Source: Candidatus Uhrbacteria bacterium RIFOXYB12_FULL_58_10 (GTDB lineage: Bacteria > Patescibacteriota > Patescibacteriia > UBA9934 > GWF2-40-263). Taken from it: a stretch of DNA of 64,000 nt. The stretch lies in contig CALRBH010000002.1 in the NCBI GenBank assembly GCA_943354165.1, forward strand, positions 5,734 through 69,733, in the 5' to 3' direction. Below are positions 36,297 to 45,283 of the stretch, piece by piece; positions within the stretch are counted from its first letter, which is position 1, and each line of letters begins with the position of its first letter. The translations under genes and the position numbers were made by a program. The notes beneath the pieces are model-generated. The model ran no database searches. It was not told where the DNA came from and saw only the letters and a program-made list of their open reading frames with translations.

Positions 36297-36533
36297 CTTT
36301 TCTGGAACCGGATCGTAGCCGCCGTCTGACCAAGGATGACACCGCATGATGCGCCGGAACGCCATCCAGGACCCTTTTATTGCCCCAAACCGCTCGATGC
36401 TGCCGTATCCGTACGTCGAACACGTCGGATGAAACTGGCAGTAGCCGTACGGATAGAACACCTTAAGCGGGCCGTGGTCTGGTGAGACGGTAACTTGATA
36501 CGCCCGTATACAAATGAGAAGAATACAACGCAT
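36294..36533 (-). CDS. yidD: membrane protein insertion efficiency factor YidD
   Basis: CQFHPTCSTYGYGSIERFGAIKGSWMAFRRIMRCHPWSDGGYDPVP is the YidD signature. Confidence 0.85.
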   Translation of the reverse strand: MRCILLICIRAYQVTVSPDHGPLKVFYPYGYCQFHPTCSTYGYGSIERFGAIKGSWMAFRRIMRCHPWSDGGYDPVPEK

Positions 36534-36541
36534 GTGTCAAT

Positions 36542-36883
36542 CTACTTCAACAGCTTAGCTTTCCTCAATAATCCCTCGGTTTGTTTAGAAACGACCTCAA
36601 ACGTAGCACGTCCAATGATCAGCTTCGGTAAGAACACGGCATCAAACCCAGGCTTAAAATGAGGCGAAAGTTTTTCAAGAACGGCACGGACCCGGCGCTT
36701 AATGCGATTACGCTCCACAGCAGACTTGGACACCTTGGTTCCCACGACCACCGTCACCCGACTCTCCGGAAGGCTGGTGAGCCGGTACTTCATGCCGATA
36801 TGAGCATCAAAGACGCTCTTGCCTTTCGCAAAGAGCGTCTTAATATCCTTATCGTTTTTGAGCCTGGATGGGGTTGGAAGCAT
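36542..36883 (-). CDS. rnpA: RNase P protein component
   Basis: 113 aa with conserved RNR basic motif (AVERNRIKRRVRAV). Position between rpmH and yidD. Confidence 0.85.
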   Translation of the reverse strand: MLPTPSRLKNDKDIKTLFAKGKSVFDAHIGMKYRLTSLPESRVTVVVGTKVSKSAVERNRIKRRVRAVLEKLSPHFKPGFDAVFLPKLIIGRATFEVVSKQTEGLLRKAKLLK

Positions 36884-36944
36884 ACCGGGATCCTTCGCTC
36901 CGACATCACGTCGGGGCTCAGGATAACTCCACCTGTCGGTGGAG

Positions 36945-37097
36945 TTACTTAAGCTTCTTTTTCTGTACGCTTACACGAGCGCGGCCACCTGCGCGGCGGC
37001 TGGCAAGCACTTTGCGTCCAGACTTCGTGCGGGAACGTACGCGAAATCCGTGTACCTTGGCCGCTCGGGCTTTCTTTGGTTGAAATGTTCGTTTCAT
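36945..37097 (-). CDS. rpmH: 50S ribosomal protein L34
   Basis: Not in the ORF track (50 aa). Translates to [50 protein letters not shown], the canonical L34. Confidence 0.85.
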   Translation of the reverse strand: MKRTFQPKKARAAKVHGFRVRSRTKSGRKVLASRRAGGRARVSVQKKKLK

Positions 37098-37132
37098 AGA
37101 TAGATTAATCGAAGTCAGAGAAGGCTACCATG

Positions 37133-37193
37133 TTATCCACAGATTATCAACTGTCTTATCCTCCCTGTGCACACTTGCGGGGTTGTGGATATC
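37133..37193. promoter_or_regulatory. DnaA boxes in the rpmH-dnaA intergenic region
   Basis: Perfect ttatccaca at 37133-41. atatccaca (tgtggatat) at 37185-93. Weaker ttatcaac/ttatcctc in between. Confidence 0.55.
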
Positions 37194-37228
37194 TCATCTA
37201 CACTGCCTGTTGTTAAGCCTCGTCGCTG

Positions 37229-38674
37229 ATGAATTCCGACCATAAAATGGTCGGTGTACTCGTTATGACTACTCACGAGTTGTGGCAAGCCGTGTTGGGA
37301 GAACTTGAATTGTCTTTAAGCAAGGCAAATTTCACAACTTGGTTTAAGAGTACCTTCGTGGCAGAGATCGGAGCAAGTGATGCGTGCATTGGCGTCCCAA
37401 ACCTTTTCACCAAAGCCTGGCTTGAGAAGAAATATCACAAGGAAATCCTGCAGAGCCTGCAAAACCTTACAGACGAACGCGTTCGGACCGTTTCCTATCG
37501 CGTAGAAGCGCGACCGACAGGTGTACAGATCATAGATTCCATTGATCCCGCTCCACTCACAAGCACGATCACCACTCATCAGGAAGCAAACGAGATTCCA
37601 CCGTTCGCTACGGAGTCCGTGCGTATACCTTCCTTTGAGAGCGGAGAATTCACTTTGAATGGCAAGTACACATTCTCCAGCTTTATCGTTGGAAAGCAGA
37701 ATGAACTCGCCCACGCCGCGGCTCAGGCCGTTTCTGGGAACCCAGGTGGCGTCTACAACCCGCTCTTCCTCTATGGTGGGGTAGGACTCGGAAAAACCCA
37801 CCTACTTCAGGCCGTTGGAAACGAACTCCTTCGAAAGAATCCGACGATCAAAGTGCTTTATGTTACCAGTGAACGTTTCACTAACGATTATATTCAAGCT
37901 GTACGCAGCGGAAAAACTCAGGATTTCAAGAACCGTTACCGCAACATCGATCTCCTTCTTGTAGACGACATTCAATTCATCGCAGGGAAGGAAAGCACCC
38001 AAGAAGAGTTCTTCCACACCTTCAACCACTTATATCAAAGCAATAAACAGATTGTTCTCACCTCCGATCGCCCTCCAAAAGCGATCCAGCAAGTGGAACA
38101 TCGCCTCGTTTCCCGTTTCGAATGCGGAATGCTCGCCGACGTAGGAAATCCAGATTACGAAACGCGCGTCGCTATCCTTGAGTCCAAGTGTCGCGACAAA
38201 AACTATCCGCTCGACCGCGACGTCATGCACCACCTCGCCACCATCGTGCAAAGCAACGTTCGAGAACTGGAAGGAGCCCTCAATAAAATCATTGCCTTCC
38301 ACCAATTCAAAAATACGCTTCCTTCGCTCGAGAGTGTGAAGCCGATTCTCTCCAGCTTCAATACGCAGTCACAGAAAAAATCCGTCACCCCAAAAATTCT
38401 CATCAGTACAGTAGCTGTCTATTTCGACGTAGCGATCGAAGACCTGCTTGGAAAGAGTCGCGAGAAGCGTCTCGCTTTTCCGCGACAGATTGTGATGTAT
38501 CTCATGCGAGAGGAACTGAAGTCGAGCTATCCTTCAATCGGGAATGAACTCGGCGGACGTGATCACACCACAGCCATGCACGCGTACGAAAAGATTTGTA
38601 ACTGTCTTTCCCAAGATGAGAAGCTTCAGCACGATATGGAACTCATCAAGCAACGCTTATACACAGCGGCATAG
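37229..38674 (+). CDS. dnaA: chromosomal replication initiator DnaA
   Basis: AAA+ Walker A LFLYGGVGLGKTHLL and C-terminal DNA-binding domain (TAMHAYEKI). Start may be the internal Met at 37265. Confidence 0.95.
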   Translation: MNSDHKMVGVLVMTTHELWQAVLGELELSLSKANFTTWFKSTFVAEIGASDACIGVPNLFTKAWLEKKYHKEILQSLQNLTDERVRTVSYRVEARPTGVQIIDSIDPAPLTSTITTHQEANEIPPFATESVRIPSFESGEFTLNGKYTFSSFIVGKQNELAHAAAQAVSGNPGGVYNPLFLYGGVGLGKTHLLQAVGNELLRKNPTIKVLYVTSERFTNDYIQAVRSGKTQDFKNRYRNIDLLLVDDIQFIAGKESTQEEFFHTFNHLYQSNKQIVLTSDRPPKAIQQVEHRLVSRFECGMLADVGNPDYETRVAILESKCRDKNYPLDRDVMHHLATIVQSNVRELEGALNKIIAFHQFKNTLPSLESVKPILSSFNTQSQKKSVTPKILISTVAVYFDVAIEDLLGKSREKRLAFPRQIVMYLMREELKSSYPSIGNELGGRDHTTAMHAYEKICNCLSQDEKLQHDMELIKQRLYTAA

Positions 38675-38991
38675 AAACATCACACAGGATATTCACAGTT
38701 GTGCGTTGATTGAGCACAATTTGTCCACATGTTATTCCTTGTCTAAAAGGTGTGGAGAAGTGGAATATATCTGGGTATAAGACTCCTCAAATCATGTGGA
38801 TAGAAATAGGGAATAATTCATCCAACCATTCCATCCCCAGTCCACACACCTTTCCCCCACGGGTCTTTCCACATGAACACAAGAATTTTTCCCGTGAATT
38901 CATTCACTGAAATCGACTTGTCCACGCCATCCACACCCCTTATTGTTACTACTAGTATATCTACATATAAACTCTTACTAATAAGCCACCT
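38675..38991. promoter_or_regulatory. candidate oriC (dnaA-dnaN intergenic): degenerate DnaA boxes plus AT-rich unwinding stretch
   Basis: ttgtccaca at 38721-29, tgtggatag, tgtggagaa, and several xTCCACA variants. A 50-nt AT-rich tract (ttattgttactactagtatatctacatataaactcttactaataa) lies immediately before dnaN. Confidence 0.45.
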
Positions 38992-40116
38992 ATGAAACTG
39001 TCGTGTACGAGAGAAAATCTGTTCCAAGGGTTGGCGATCGCAAGTCACCTCACTTCCAAGAACGTAAACCTTCCTGTTCTTCAGAACATCCTCATCCAAG
39101 CGGAGGGAGGTACAATTCGTTTCACGACAACGAATCTTGAAATTGCCGTTCGCTGCATCGTCCGAGGAAAAGTCGATGAGCCGGGTGAAGTGACGGTTCC
39201 ATCCAAATTGTTTTACGACTATGTTTCTCTCCTTCCGAACGAAACGGTTTCCGTAGATGGAAACGCAACATCGCTCTCCGTAGTGTGTGGTGGATATAAA
39301 ACCAAAATGAACGGACTGTCCGCTTCCGAGTTTCCGCTCGTTCCAGACGTTCAAGCCGCCGTCTCTGTTTCCATTCCCGTTCCAGCCCTTCGTGAAGCGC
39401 TCTCCCGAGTTCTCTTCGCCGTCTCAACCAACGAATCCCGCCCAGAGCTCACAGGCGTCTACATGCGGTTCGAAAAGACAGAGAACAGCTACAACCTCAT
39501 CTTGGCTTCCACGGACTCGTACAGGCTCTCTGAATCCGTTATAGCGCTTGAAAAAGGGTTGGAAGACAAGCAGGTCATTATCCCTGCAAGGACACTTGGG
39601 GAAGTGAACCGCATTCTTTCGGTATTTAAAGATGATGTAGAGGCCGCCGCTCACATCGAGATGCGTTTATCCGACAATCAAGCGGTATTTCGCTTCGGAA
39701 CCGTCGAGTTGGTTTCAAGAATTATCGAAGGAAACTACCCAGATTACCGTCAGATCATCCCAAAAACCTTCGAAACCACATCGGTTATCGACCGTGACGA
39801 CTTCGTAAAGTCGGTGAAGACCGCCGCGTTGTTTTCAAAGAATGGTTTGTTCGACGTAACCCTTTCATTCGCTAAGGATGGCCTTACGGTTCGCTCCGTC
39901 GACGCCCAGCGCGGGGAAAACACCGCGATATGTCCTGCAAATGTCACAGGGAAGGACAATACCGTGACCGTAAACTATCGATATCTCCTCGATGGATTGT
40001 CCGCCTGTGCCAGCGACAACGTCATTTTCGAAATGATCGATGCAAGCAATCCGTGTGTTGTACGTCCATCGGACGCAAAAGGCTATTTATACATTGTGAT
40101 GCCGATTAAGCAGTAG
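38992..40116 (+). CDS. dnaN: DNA polymerase III beta sliding clamp
   Basis: 374 aa with three-domain clamp architecture. Position directly after dnaA. Confidence 0.9.
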   Translation: MKLSCTRENLFQGLAIASHLTSKNVNLPVLQNILIQAEGGTIRFTTTNLEIAVRCIVRGKVDEPGEVTVPSKLFYDYVSLLPNETVSVDGNATSLSVVCGGYKTKMNGLSASEFPLVPDVQAAVSVSIPVPALREALSRVLFAVSTNESRPELTGVYMRFEKTENSYNLILASTDSYRLSESVIALEKGLEDKQVIIPARTLGEVNRILSVFKDDVEAAAHIEMRLSDNQAVFRFGTVELVSRIIEGNYPDYRQIIPKTFETTSVIDRDDFVKSVKTAALFSKNGLFDVTLSFAKDGLTVRSVDAQRGENTAICPANVTGKDNTVTVNYRYLLDGLSACASDNVIFEMIDASNPCVVRPSDAKGYLYIVMPIKQ

Positions 40117-40120
40117 AACT

Positions 40121-40235
40121 GAGTCAGTAGATAGTAGTAAGTAGTTAGTAGTATAACGAAAAACCGGTCAAAGCCGTGAGGCTAAAACCGGTTTTTTAGT
40201 AAATCTACTAACTACTATCTACTCACTACTAACTA
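40121..40235. repeat. TAG-rich palindromic repeat, locus C (with embedded terminator hairpin)
   Basis: cagtagatagtagtaagtagttagtagta ... aaaaccggtc-aaagccgtgaggctaa-aaccggtttttt ... ctactaactactatctactcactactaact. The PBP1A stop codon (TAG) lies in the right arm. Confidence 0.7.
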
Positions 40236-43202
40236 TGGTGTTGCGAACGGATTCAGATTCACGTTCGGAATAACGGGTGGCAGCGTTCCTGCTGCCGGTG
40301 GAGTCGGCGGAGGGGGAGATCCAGCAGATCCAGAAACATGGACCAGGACGCCCGACGTCTCAATGGAACCACTCCCGGTATTTGGCTCCGCGACGGCTGA
40401 GAGCACCCAATCCCCACTCACCGGAACCGTCCAATCGAAGGTGATGAACGGTGAATCTGGGTTCGACTTCACCCCAATGGATTGTCGATCCCCAGCCCCG
40501 ACGGGTTTTGCGTAGGCAAGAATGCGTGCAAAAGACGTTGGGTTTTGAAGTTCGATGGCGACGGAGAAAGGCCGGCCGGTCTGTTCAATTGTCTGTCCAT
40601 TCTTTGGATCGATGATAGAGAATGTCGCGGCGGCAGCGTCTGACGAGAGGCGAATGCCGACGGTATCCGAACCCGCGTTATCGACGTCATCATACGCGAT
40701 CGCTTTCAACGTATGGAACCCGCGGCTTACTGTGTTGGGGATGCGTACTGTGAGCTCGTAGGGGTCATGCGTATCGGTTCCGAGGTAGAAGCCGTCGAGA
40801 TAGAGTTCGACACGGGAAACGCCGCGTGGGGCGCTTGCGTTCACAGCGACATGAATGTCGCGCGTGCCGAATTCTTCGTTTTCAAATGGTGTCACAATTT
40901 CGACAGATGGAAGGTTTGCAGGAAGATGGACATCATCGAATTCTGTTGGAGGAACCGCATTTGTTACCTTGATGCCCGTTCGTATTTCCTCACGGGCGAT
41001 CCAGTCTGCCACGCCTTTTTCCCATGCGGCGTACTGGGAATCCTTTGTCGGATCTTCCGGTGGCGCCCCAAGGGGATCTGATCGTTTTATGAACTGTAAT
41101 ATTTCATGGTACTGCGCAAACTTTCGTTCTTCGCGCATGGAAGGAGGGGTAAATTCCGTGGCGAGTTTTCCACTGAATGTATCGATGGTTACAGTCGTGG
41201 CGGGAAGTTGACCATCAAGGACCGGCTTCCCGGTGATCTTGATTTCAGGTTTGATAAACGACTCCACTGGTGTTTTGTCGAGTGCGCGTTTCATGAAGCC
41301 ATTCCAGATAGGTGCCGCAATCTTTGAACCATCAGCACCTTTTTTCATGGCGGTATTGGCCAGGTCCGCATTTCCCGTCCACACCCCTACCGCAAGGGAA
41401 CGTGTGTATCCCATCGTCCAGCCGTCATGATAATCGTTTGTGGTTCCTGTTTTTGCCGCAACAGGGCGTGCACCAAGTTGAACGTATGAGGTAAGTCCGA
41501 AAACGTAAGCGCGCGCGTTATTATCGGCGAGCACATCGGTAATCGTGCGCGCGACGTTAGGTTCCATGACTTTTATTCCATCTCCTGCCTTCCACTCCTC
41601 AATCACGTTTCCAGAAGCGTCTTCGATCTTAAGGATGGCAACCGTATCGTGTCGAACGCCGTCGTTCGCAAATGCGGCGTAGGCCGCGGTGTGTTCAAGA
41701 AGTTTCACTTCCGCACCACCAAGTACGATGGCAAACCCGAACCGTGAGCGGTCTCCAAATGTGGTGTAGCCAAGCCGTTCCGCAAAGGCGATAGAAGCTT
41801 CGACTCCGGCCAAATAAACCGTTTTCACGGCCGGGATGTTGAGTGATCCCTGTAGTGCCTCGCGCATGCGGATAGGTCCGCGCTCGCCGAGATCATAGTT
41901 GTTTGGAGAGTACGTTCCAGTTTCCGTAGGGAAGTCCGTCCTCACATCCCAAAGGATGGTGTTCGGTGTGTAACCCGCTTCAAATGCTTTCGCAAAAACA
42001 ATCGGTTTGAAGCTTGAACCTGGTTGGCGAGGTCGGAGCGCTACGTTTACCTTGCCGTTAATCTCATTGTTAAAATAATCCGCCGATCCGACCATGGCGA
42101 GGATGTGTCCATTCTTCGGATCGATGGCGACGAGTGCTGCATCATTAAAGCCGTATTGTTCGCCGCGTTCTTCAACGCCTTTCACCACTTCTTCTTCCGC
42201 GATGACCTGCTTATCGAAATCAAGCGAGGTAAGCACCCTGAACCCACCTTCCTCCACTTGGCGTGTCCCAAATTTTTCTGCGAGTAGCACTTTTACGTAT
42301 TCGACGAAATGAGGCGCTTTAATGTTTGAAACCCTTGATTTTACTGGGGTTTCAAAATTTTTTGCTTCCGTAGCCTCCTCGAGGGAAATAAAATCGAGAT
42401 CCGTCATTTCATCCAAAATAAAATCTCGGCGTATTTTCAACCGGTCTGGGTTATTGAGATAAAATGTAGGGAGCTGTGGAAGGGCTGCAAGAGTCGCTAT
42501 TTCTCCAAGGGTAAGGTCCTTGGTGGATTTTCCGAAGTAATTTTGTGCGGCCGCCCCGATGCCGTAAAAGGTGGAACCGTAGGGGATCTCATTGAAATAA
42601 ATCTGGAGAATTTCATCTTTTGCGTATCTGCGTTCAAGTTCGATAGAGAGAATAAGTTCTTTGACCTTGCGTGTAAGGGTGCGCTCGTTCGTAAGAATCG
42701 CATTCTTCACAAGCTGCTGGGTCAGGGTTGATCCGCCTCCGCGACTCCCGCCAAACAGGGCGGCACGAAGCAATCCCTTGTAACTGATTCCGTGATGGGA
42801 GCAAAATGCATGGTCTTCCGCGGCAATGGTTGCTTGTAGGGCACGTAAGGGGATCCCGTTTGGATCCACGTCTAGATCCGTTGCATCTTTACAAAGGCCT
42901 TCTTGAAATTTAACAAGCGTGCGATTTTCCTCACCGTAGATTTCATAAAGGAGATGCTCTCCGGTACGGTCATAAATCTTCGTCGTCTGGCTTACGGCCC
43001 GGTCCGTAAGAGAATTCGGATCCGGAAGGTCGCGGCTGACATAGGCAAACAGTCCAAGGACACCAATTGAACCGGCGGCGAGGAGGACGCCGAGAACGAG
43101 AATAGCATTCTTTACGAAGGCTTTTGGAAGACGGATGGATCCTATTTTCAGGGAAGCTTTTCGCTTCCAATCTCCAGAATGGACACGTCGTTGGTTGGAC
43201 AT
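40233..43202 (-). CDS. class A penicillin-binding protein (glycosyltransferase + transpeptidase) with C-terminal Ig-like extension
   Basis: GT51 motifs (EDHAFCSHHGISYKGL, RGGSTLTQQLVKN). Transpeptidase SxxK (PGSSFKP), SxN and KTGT. Start moved to MSNQRRV (43202), because the first 52 codons of the tracked ORF translate the AACGACAAA repeat. Confidence 0.9.
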   Translation of the reverse strand: MSNQRRVHSGDWKRKASLKIGSIRLPKAFVKNAILVLGVLLAAGSIGVLGLFAYVSRDLPDPNSLTDRAVSQTTKIYDRTGEHLLYEIYGEENRTLVKFQEGLCKDATDLDVDPNGIPLRALQATIAAEDHAFCSHHGISYKGLLRAALFGGSRGGGSTLTQQLVKNAILTNERTLTRKVKELILSIELERRYAKDEILQIYFNEIPYGSTFYGIGAAAQNYFGKSTKDLTLGEIATLAALPQLPTFYLNNPDRLKIRRDFILDEMTDLDFISLEEATEAKNFETPVKSRVSNIKAPHFVEYVKVLLAEKFGTRQVEEGGFRVLTSLDFDKQVIAEEEVVKGVEERGEQYGFNDAALVAIDPKNGHILAMVGSADYFNNEINGKVNVALRPRQPGSSFKPIVFAKAFEAGYTPNTILWDVRTDFPTETGTYSPNNYDLGERGPIRMREALQGSLNIPAVKTVYLAGVEASIAFAERLGYTTFGDRSRFGFAIVLGGAEVKLLEHTAAYAAFANDGVRHDTVAILKIEDASGNVIEEWKAGDGIKVMEPNVARTITDVLADNNARAYVFGLTSYVQLGARPVAAKTGTTNDYHDGWTMGYTRSLAVGVWTGNADLANTAMKKGADGSKIAAPIWNGFMKRALDKTPVESFIKPEIKITGKPVLDGQLPATTVTIDTFSGKLATEFTPPSMREERKFAQYHEILQFIKRSDPLGAPPEDPTKDSQYAAWEKGVADWIAREEIRTGIKVTNAVPPTEFDDVHLPANLPSVEIVTPFENEEFGTRDIHVAVNASAPRGVSRVELYLDGFYLGTDTHDPYELTVRIPNTVSRGFHTLKAIAYDDVDNAGSDTVGIRLSSDAAAATFSIIDPKNGQTIEQTGRPFSVAIELQNPTSFARILAYAKPVGAGDRQSIGVKSNPDSPFITFDWTVPVSGDWVLSAVAEPNTGSGSIETSGVLVHVSGSAGSPPPPTPPAAGTLPPVIPNVNLNPFATP

Positions 43203-43224
43203 ATGTGGGGCGAATTGTAGCGGA

Positions 43225-43357
43225 AAATGACGAAAACGACAAAAAACAAACGACAAACGACAAAGAAAAATGGAAAACGACAAACGTTTAAAATTTTCCT
43301 TCCTTTGTCGTTTCCTGCCTTTCTTTGTCGTTTGGGATTTATCGTTTGTCGTTTTCA
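43225..43357. repeat. AACGACAAA-type long imperfect palindrome, second locus
   Basis: aaaatgacgaaaacgacaaaaaacaaacgacaaacgacaaagaaaaatggaaaacgacaaacg ... ttcctttgtcgtttcctgcctttctttgtcgtttgggatttatcgtttgtcgttttcac. Sits in the divergent PBP1A / 3D-domain intergenic region. Confidence 0.65.
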
Positions 43358-43441
43358 CCCCTCAAGGTGTATCATCCCGCCACTCGTATGTGGACTGCCC
43401 TGGGTCTCTTGTCCGTCCAGGGTATGCCACATGCCTCGTCG

Positions 43442-43966
43442 ATGGTGATGGTTGTGCGCCGAATCTCACGGCGACACCCTTTGGAATGTTTTGCATTCCT
43501 TGCGGTATTTGCGATCGCGCTCCTGGTCGCGTTCCCATCGTTTGCGTATGCGGACGAGATCTCGGTAAGCGAGGAAGCGAAGGCAAAATCCGTGGCAATT
43601 CAGATCGCCGCCATGCAAAACGAACTGGTGCCGTTCGGGAAACTGCCGGACGCCCCAAAACCAACCTATCTCTGGAAGATCCGCGTACCGATCACCGCCT
43701 ACTCGTCGGAAGTTGGTCAGACTGACAGCACGCCGTTTATCACCGCAAACGGTACACATGTCCACGAAGGGACGATCGCCGCAAATTTCCTTCCGTTCGG
43801 GACGAAAGTAAAGATTCCACGCCTGTTCGGTGATCGAGTGTTCATCGTCGAAGACCGCATGAACGCGCGGTATGACAAGCGGGTCGATGTCTGGATGCCA
43901 GACACCCCCTCCGCCCGCAGGTTCGGCCTGCGGAACGCAGAGATCGAAGTGTACGGAAAAGACTAA
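43442..43966 (+). CDS. secreted 3D-domain (MltA/YabE-like) cell-wall protein
   Basis: Signal peptide MVMVVRRISRRHPLECFAFLAVFAIALLVAFPSFAYA. C-terminal 3D domain (PITAYSSEVGQTDSTPFITANG ... VDVWMPD). Confidence 0.65.
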   Translation: MVMVVRRISRRHPLECFAFLAVFAIALLVAFPSFAYADEISVSEEAKAKSVAIQIAAMQNELVPFGKLPDAPKPTYLWKIRVPITAYSSEVGQTDSTPFITANGTHVHEGTIAANFLPFGTKVKIPRLFGDRVFIVEDRMNARYDKRVDVWMPDTPSARRFGLRNAEIEVYGKD

Positions 43967-43967
43967 G

Positions 43968-44000
43968 AAAAAAGCTCCTCATTTCTGGGGAGCTTTTTTG
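43968..44000. terminator. bidirectional intrinsic terminator (aaaaaagctcc-tcatttctg-gggagctttttt)
   Basis: Sits between the 3D-domain gene and tRNA-Cys. Confidence 0.6.
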
Positions 44001-44074
44001 GAGGCCGCGACCGGAGTTGAACCGGTGCATAGCGGTTTTGCAGACCGCCGCGTTAACCACTTCGCCACGCGGCC
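43999..44074 (-). tRNA. tRNA-Cys(GCA)
   Basis: The reverse complement is GGCCGCG...GCGGT-CTGCAAA-ACCGC...ACCGG-TTCAACT-CCGGT-CGCGGCC-T-CCA. Anticodon GCA with U73 discriminator (Cys identity). Confidence 0.85.
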
Positions 44075-44115
44075 ACGGCGGGGACCTTATCAAACCCCCC
44101 GCAGTCCTTCAAGGA

Positions 44116-44559
44116 TTACATCGCTTCACGGGCAAGTGTGGCGATATCAAGCTCGTCCATGTGCGACAGGTTCTTCGGAACTTCACCTTTGATACGAGCT
44201 TGTAGATCCGTGTGAAGCGCGGCCTTAAGCTCGTTCATGTTCTGCTGTGCGTCGCACAGCACAATCGACTCGAATTCGTCGTGGCGGAAACGGCGGAGAA
44301 GATCTTCGTTAATCTTGCGATGAAGCTCTGCACGAGTGAGATCATCTCGGTTGTCGTTACTTGAGGTCGATCGAACGTCGCCAGCCCCCGTCACGGAGTT
44401 CTGATGATCGCGACCAGGCTGTTCCTCTTCCTTGGAAGAGATGAACGCGAGCACTTCGACCTCGCTATTCGCGGCGCGGAGGAACTTTGCACGCTCATTT
44501 CCGGCGACAACGATCATGGTGTTGCTATCAAATGGGCGGACGGAGGAGGGGAGGGTCAT
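44116..44559 (-). CDS. hypothetical protein, possibly host-attachment/baeRF-like
   Basis: 147 aa. N-terminal MIVVAGNERAKFLRA resembles the xVLVADGSRARIF start of Host_attach-type proteins. Weak assignment. Confidence 0.4.
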   Translation of the reverse strand: MTLPSSVRPFDSNTMIVVAGNERAKFLRAANSEVEVLAFISSKEEEQPGRDHQNSVTGAGDVRSTSSNDNRDDLTRAELHRKINEDLLRRFRHDEFESIVLCDAQQNMNELKAALHTDLQARIKGEVPKNLSHMDELDIATLAREAM

Positions 44560-44566
44560 AAAAAGG

Positions 44567-44612
44567 GTCTGTTAGGGCGGTTAGGGTTGTAAGGGCGGTA
44601 AGGGGCTAAAAA
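44567..44612. repeat. GTWAGGG 9-bp tandem repeat (4-5 units), locus 1
   Basis: gttagggcg-gttagggtt-gtaagggcg-gtaagggg, upstream of a TATAAT box and the near-leaderless ATG of 44664. Confidence 0.6.
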
Positions 44613-44663
44613 CGATATTGCGAGTATAGCAGGCAGGTCGCGGTACCGCTATAATGCTCTCGT

Positions 44664-45239
44664 ATGAAGAAAAAAGACGGTTCCTTGCGGCTTCTCGTGG
44701 TCTCAAACATCCGCGAGATCGTGTTTGGACTTGAAGATTCTCTCGTGTCCACACTCGGAGCTCTTACCGGGATCGCTGCGGGTACGCAAAACGCCTACAT
44801 CGTCATTTTGTCCGGGCTCGTGATTGTCGTCGTTGAAGCGTTGTCGATGTCCGCCGGAAGTTATCTTTCTTCTAAGTCCGCCGATGAAGCCGAAGACGCA
44901 CTTCTTGCAGAAGAAGGGGGAAGGCCAGATAAATTTCGCGTGGAATTAAGGAAGCACCCAATCCGCGCCGGAGTCGTGATGGGTGTGTTCTATATTCTTG
45001 GCGGGTGTGTGCCACTCGCTCCGTACTTTTTAATGTCGCTTCAAGATGCATTACCAGTATCGGTTGTTCTGACTGCCGTCACATTATTTGGGCTCGGTGC
45101 CTGGAGCGCACAGTTCACAAAGCGCTCGCCAGGACGGAGCGGGGTAGAGATGATGATTGTGTCCCTCACCGCCGCATTCCTCGGGTATGTGGTCGGGTAT
45201 ATCGTCCAGCTGGCGTTTGGGGTAAGCGTCGCCGCGTAG
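44664..45239 (+). CDS. VIT1/CCC1-family (DUF125) membrane protein
   Basis: N-terminal IVFGLEDSLVSTLGALTGIAAG motif and multiple TM helices. Confidence 0.7.
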   Translation: MKKKDGSLRLLVVSNIREIVFGLEDSLVSTLGALTGIAAGTQNAYIVILSGLVIVVVEALSMSAGSYLSSKSADEAEDALLAEEGGRPDKFRVELRKHPIRAGVVMGVFYILGGCVPLAPYFLMSLQDALPVSVVLTAVTLFGLGAWSAQFTKRSPGRSGVEMMIVSLTAAFLGYVVGYIVQLAFGVSVAA

Positions 45240-45283
45240 AAAGCCTTGAAATATAGGCCAGTTTCTGATACCTTCCGCTGGTT

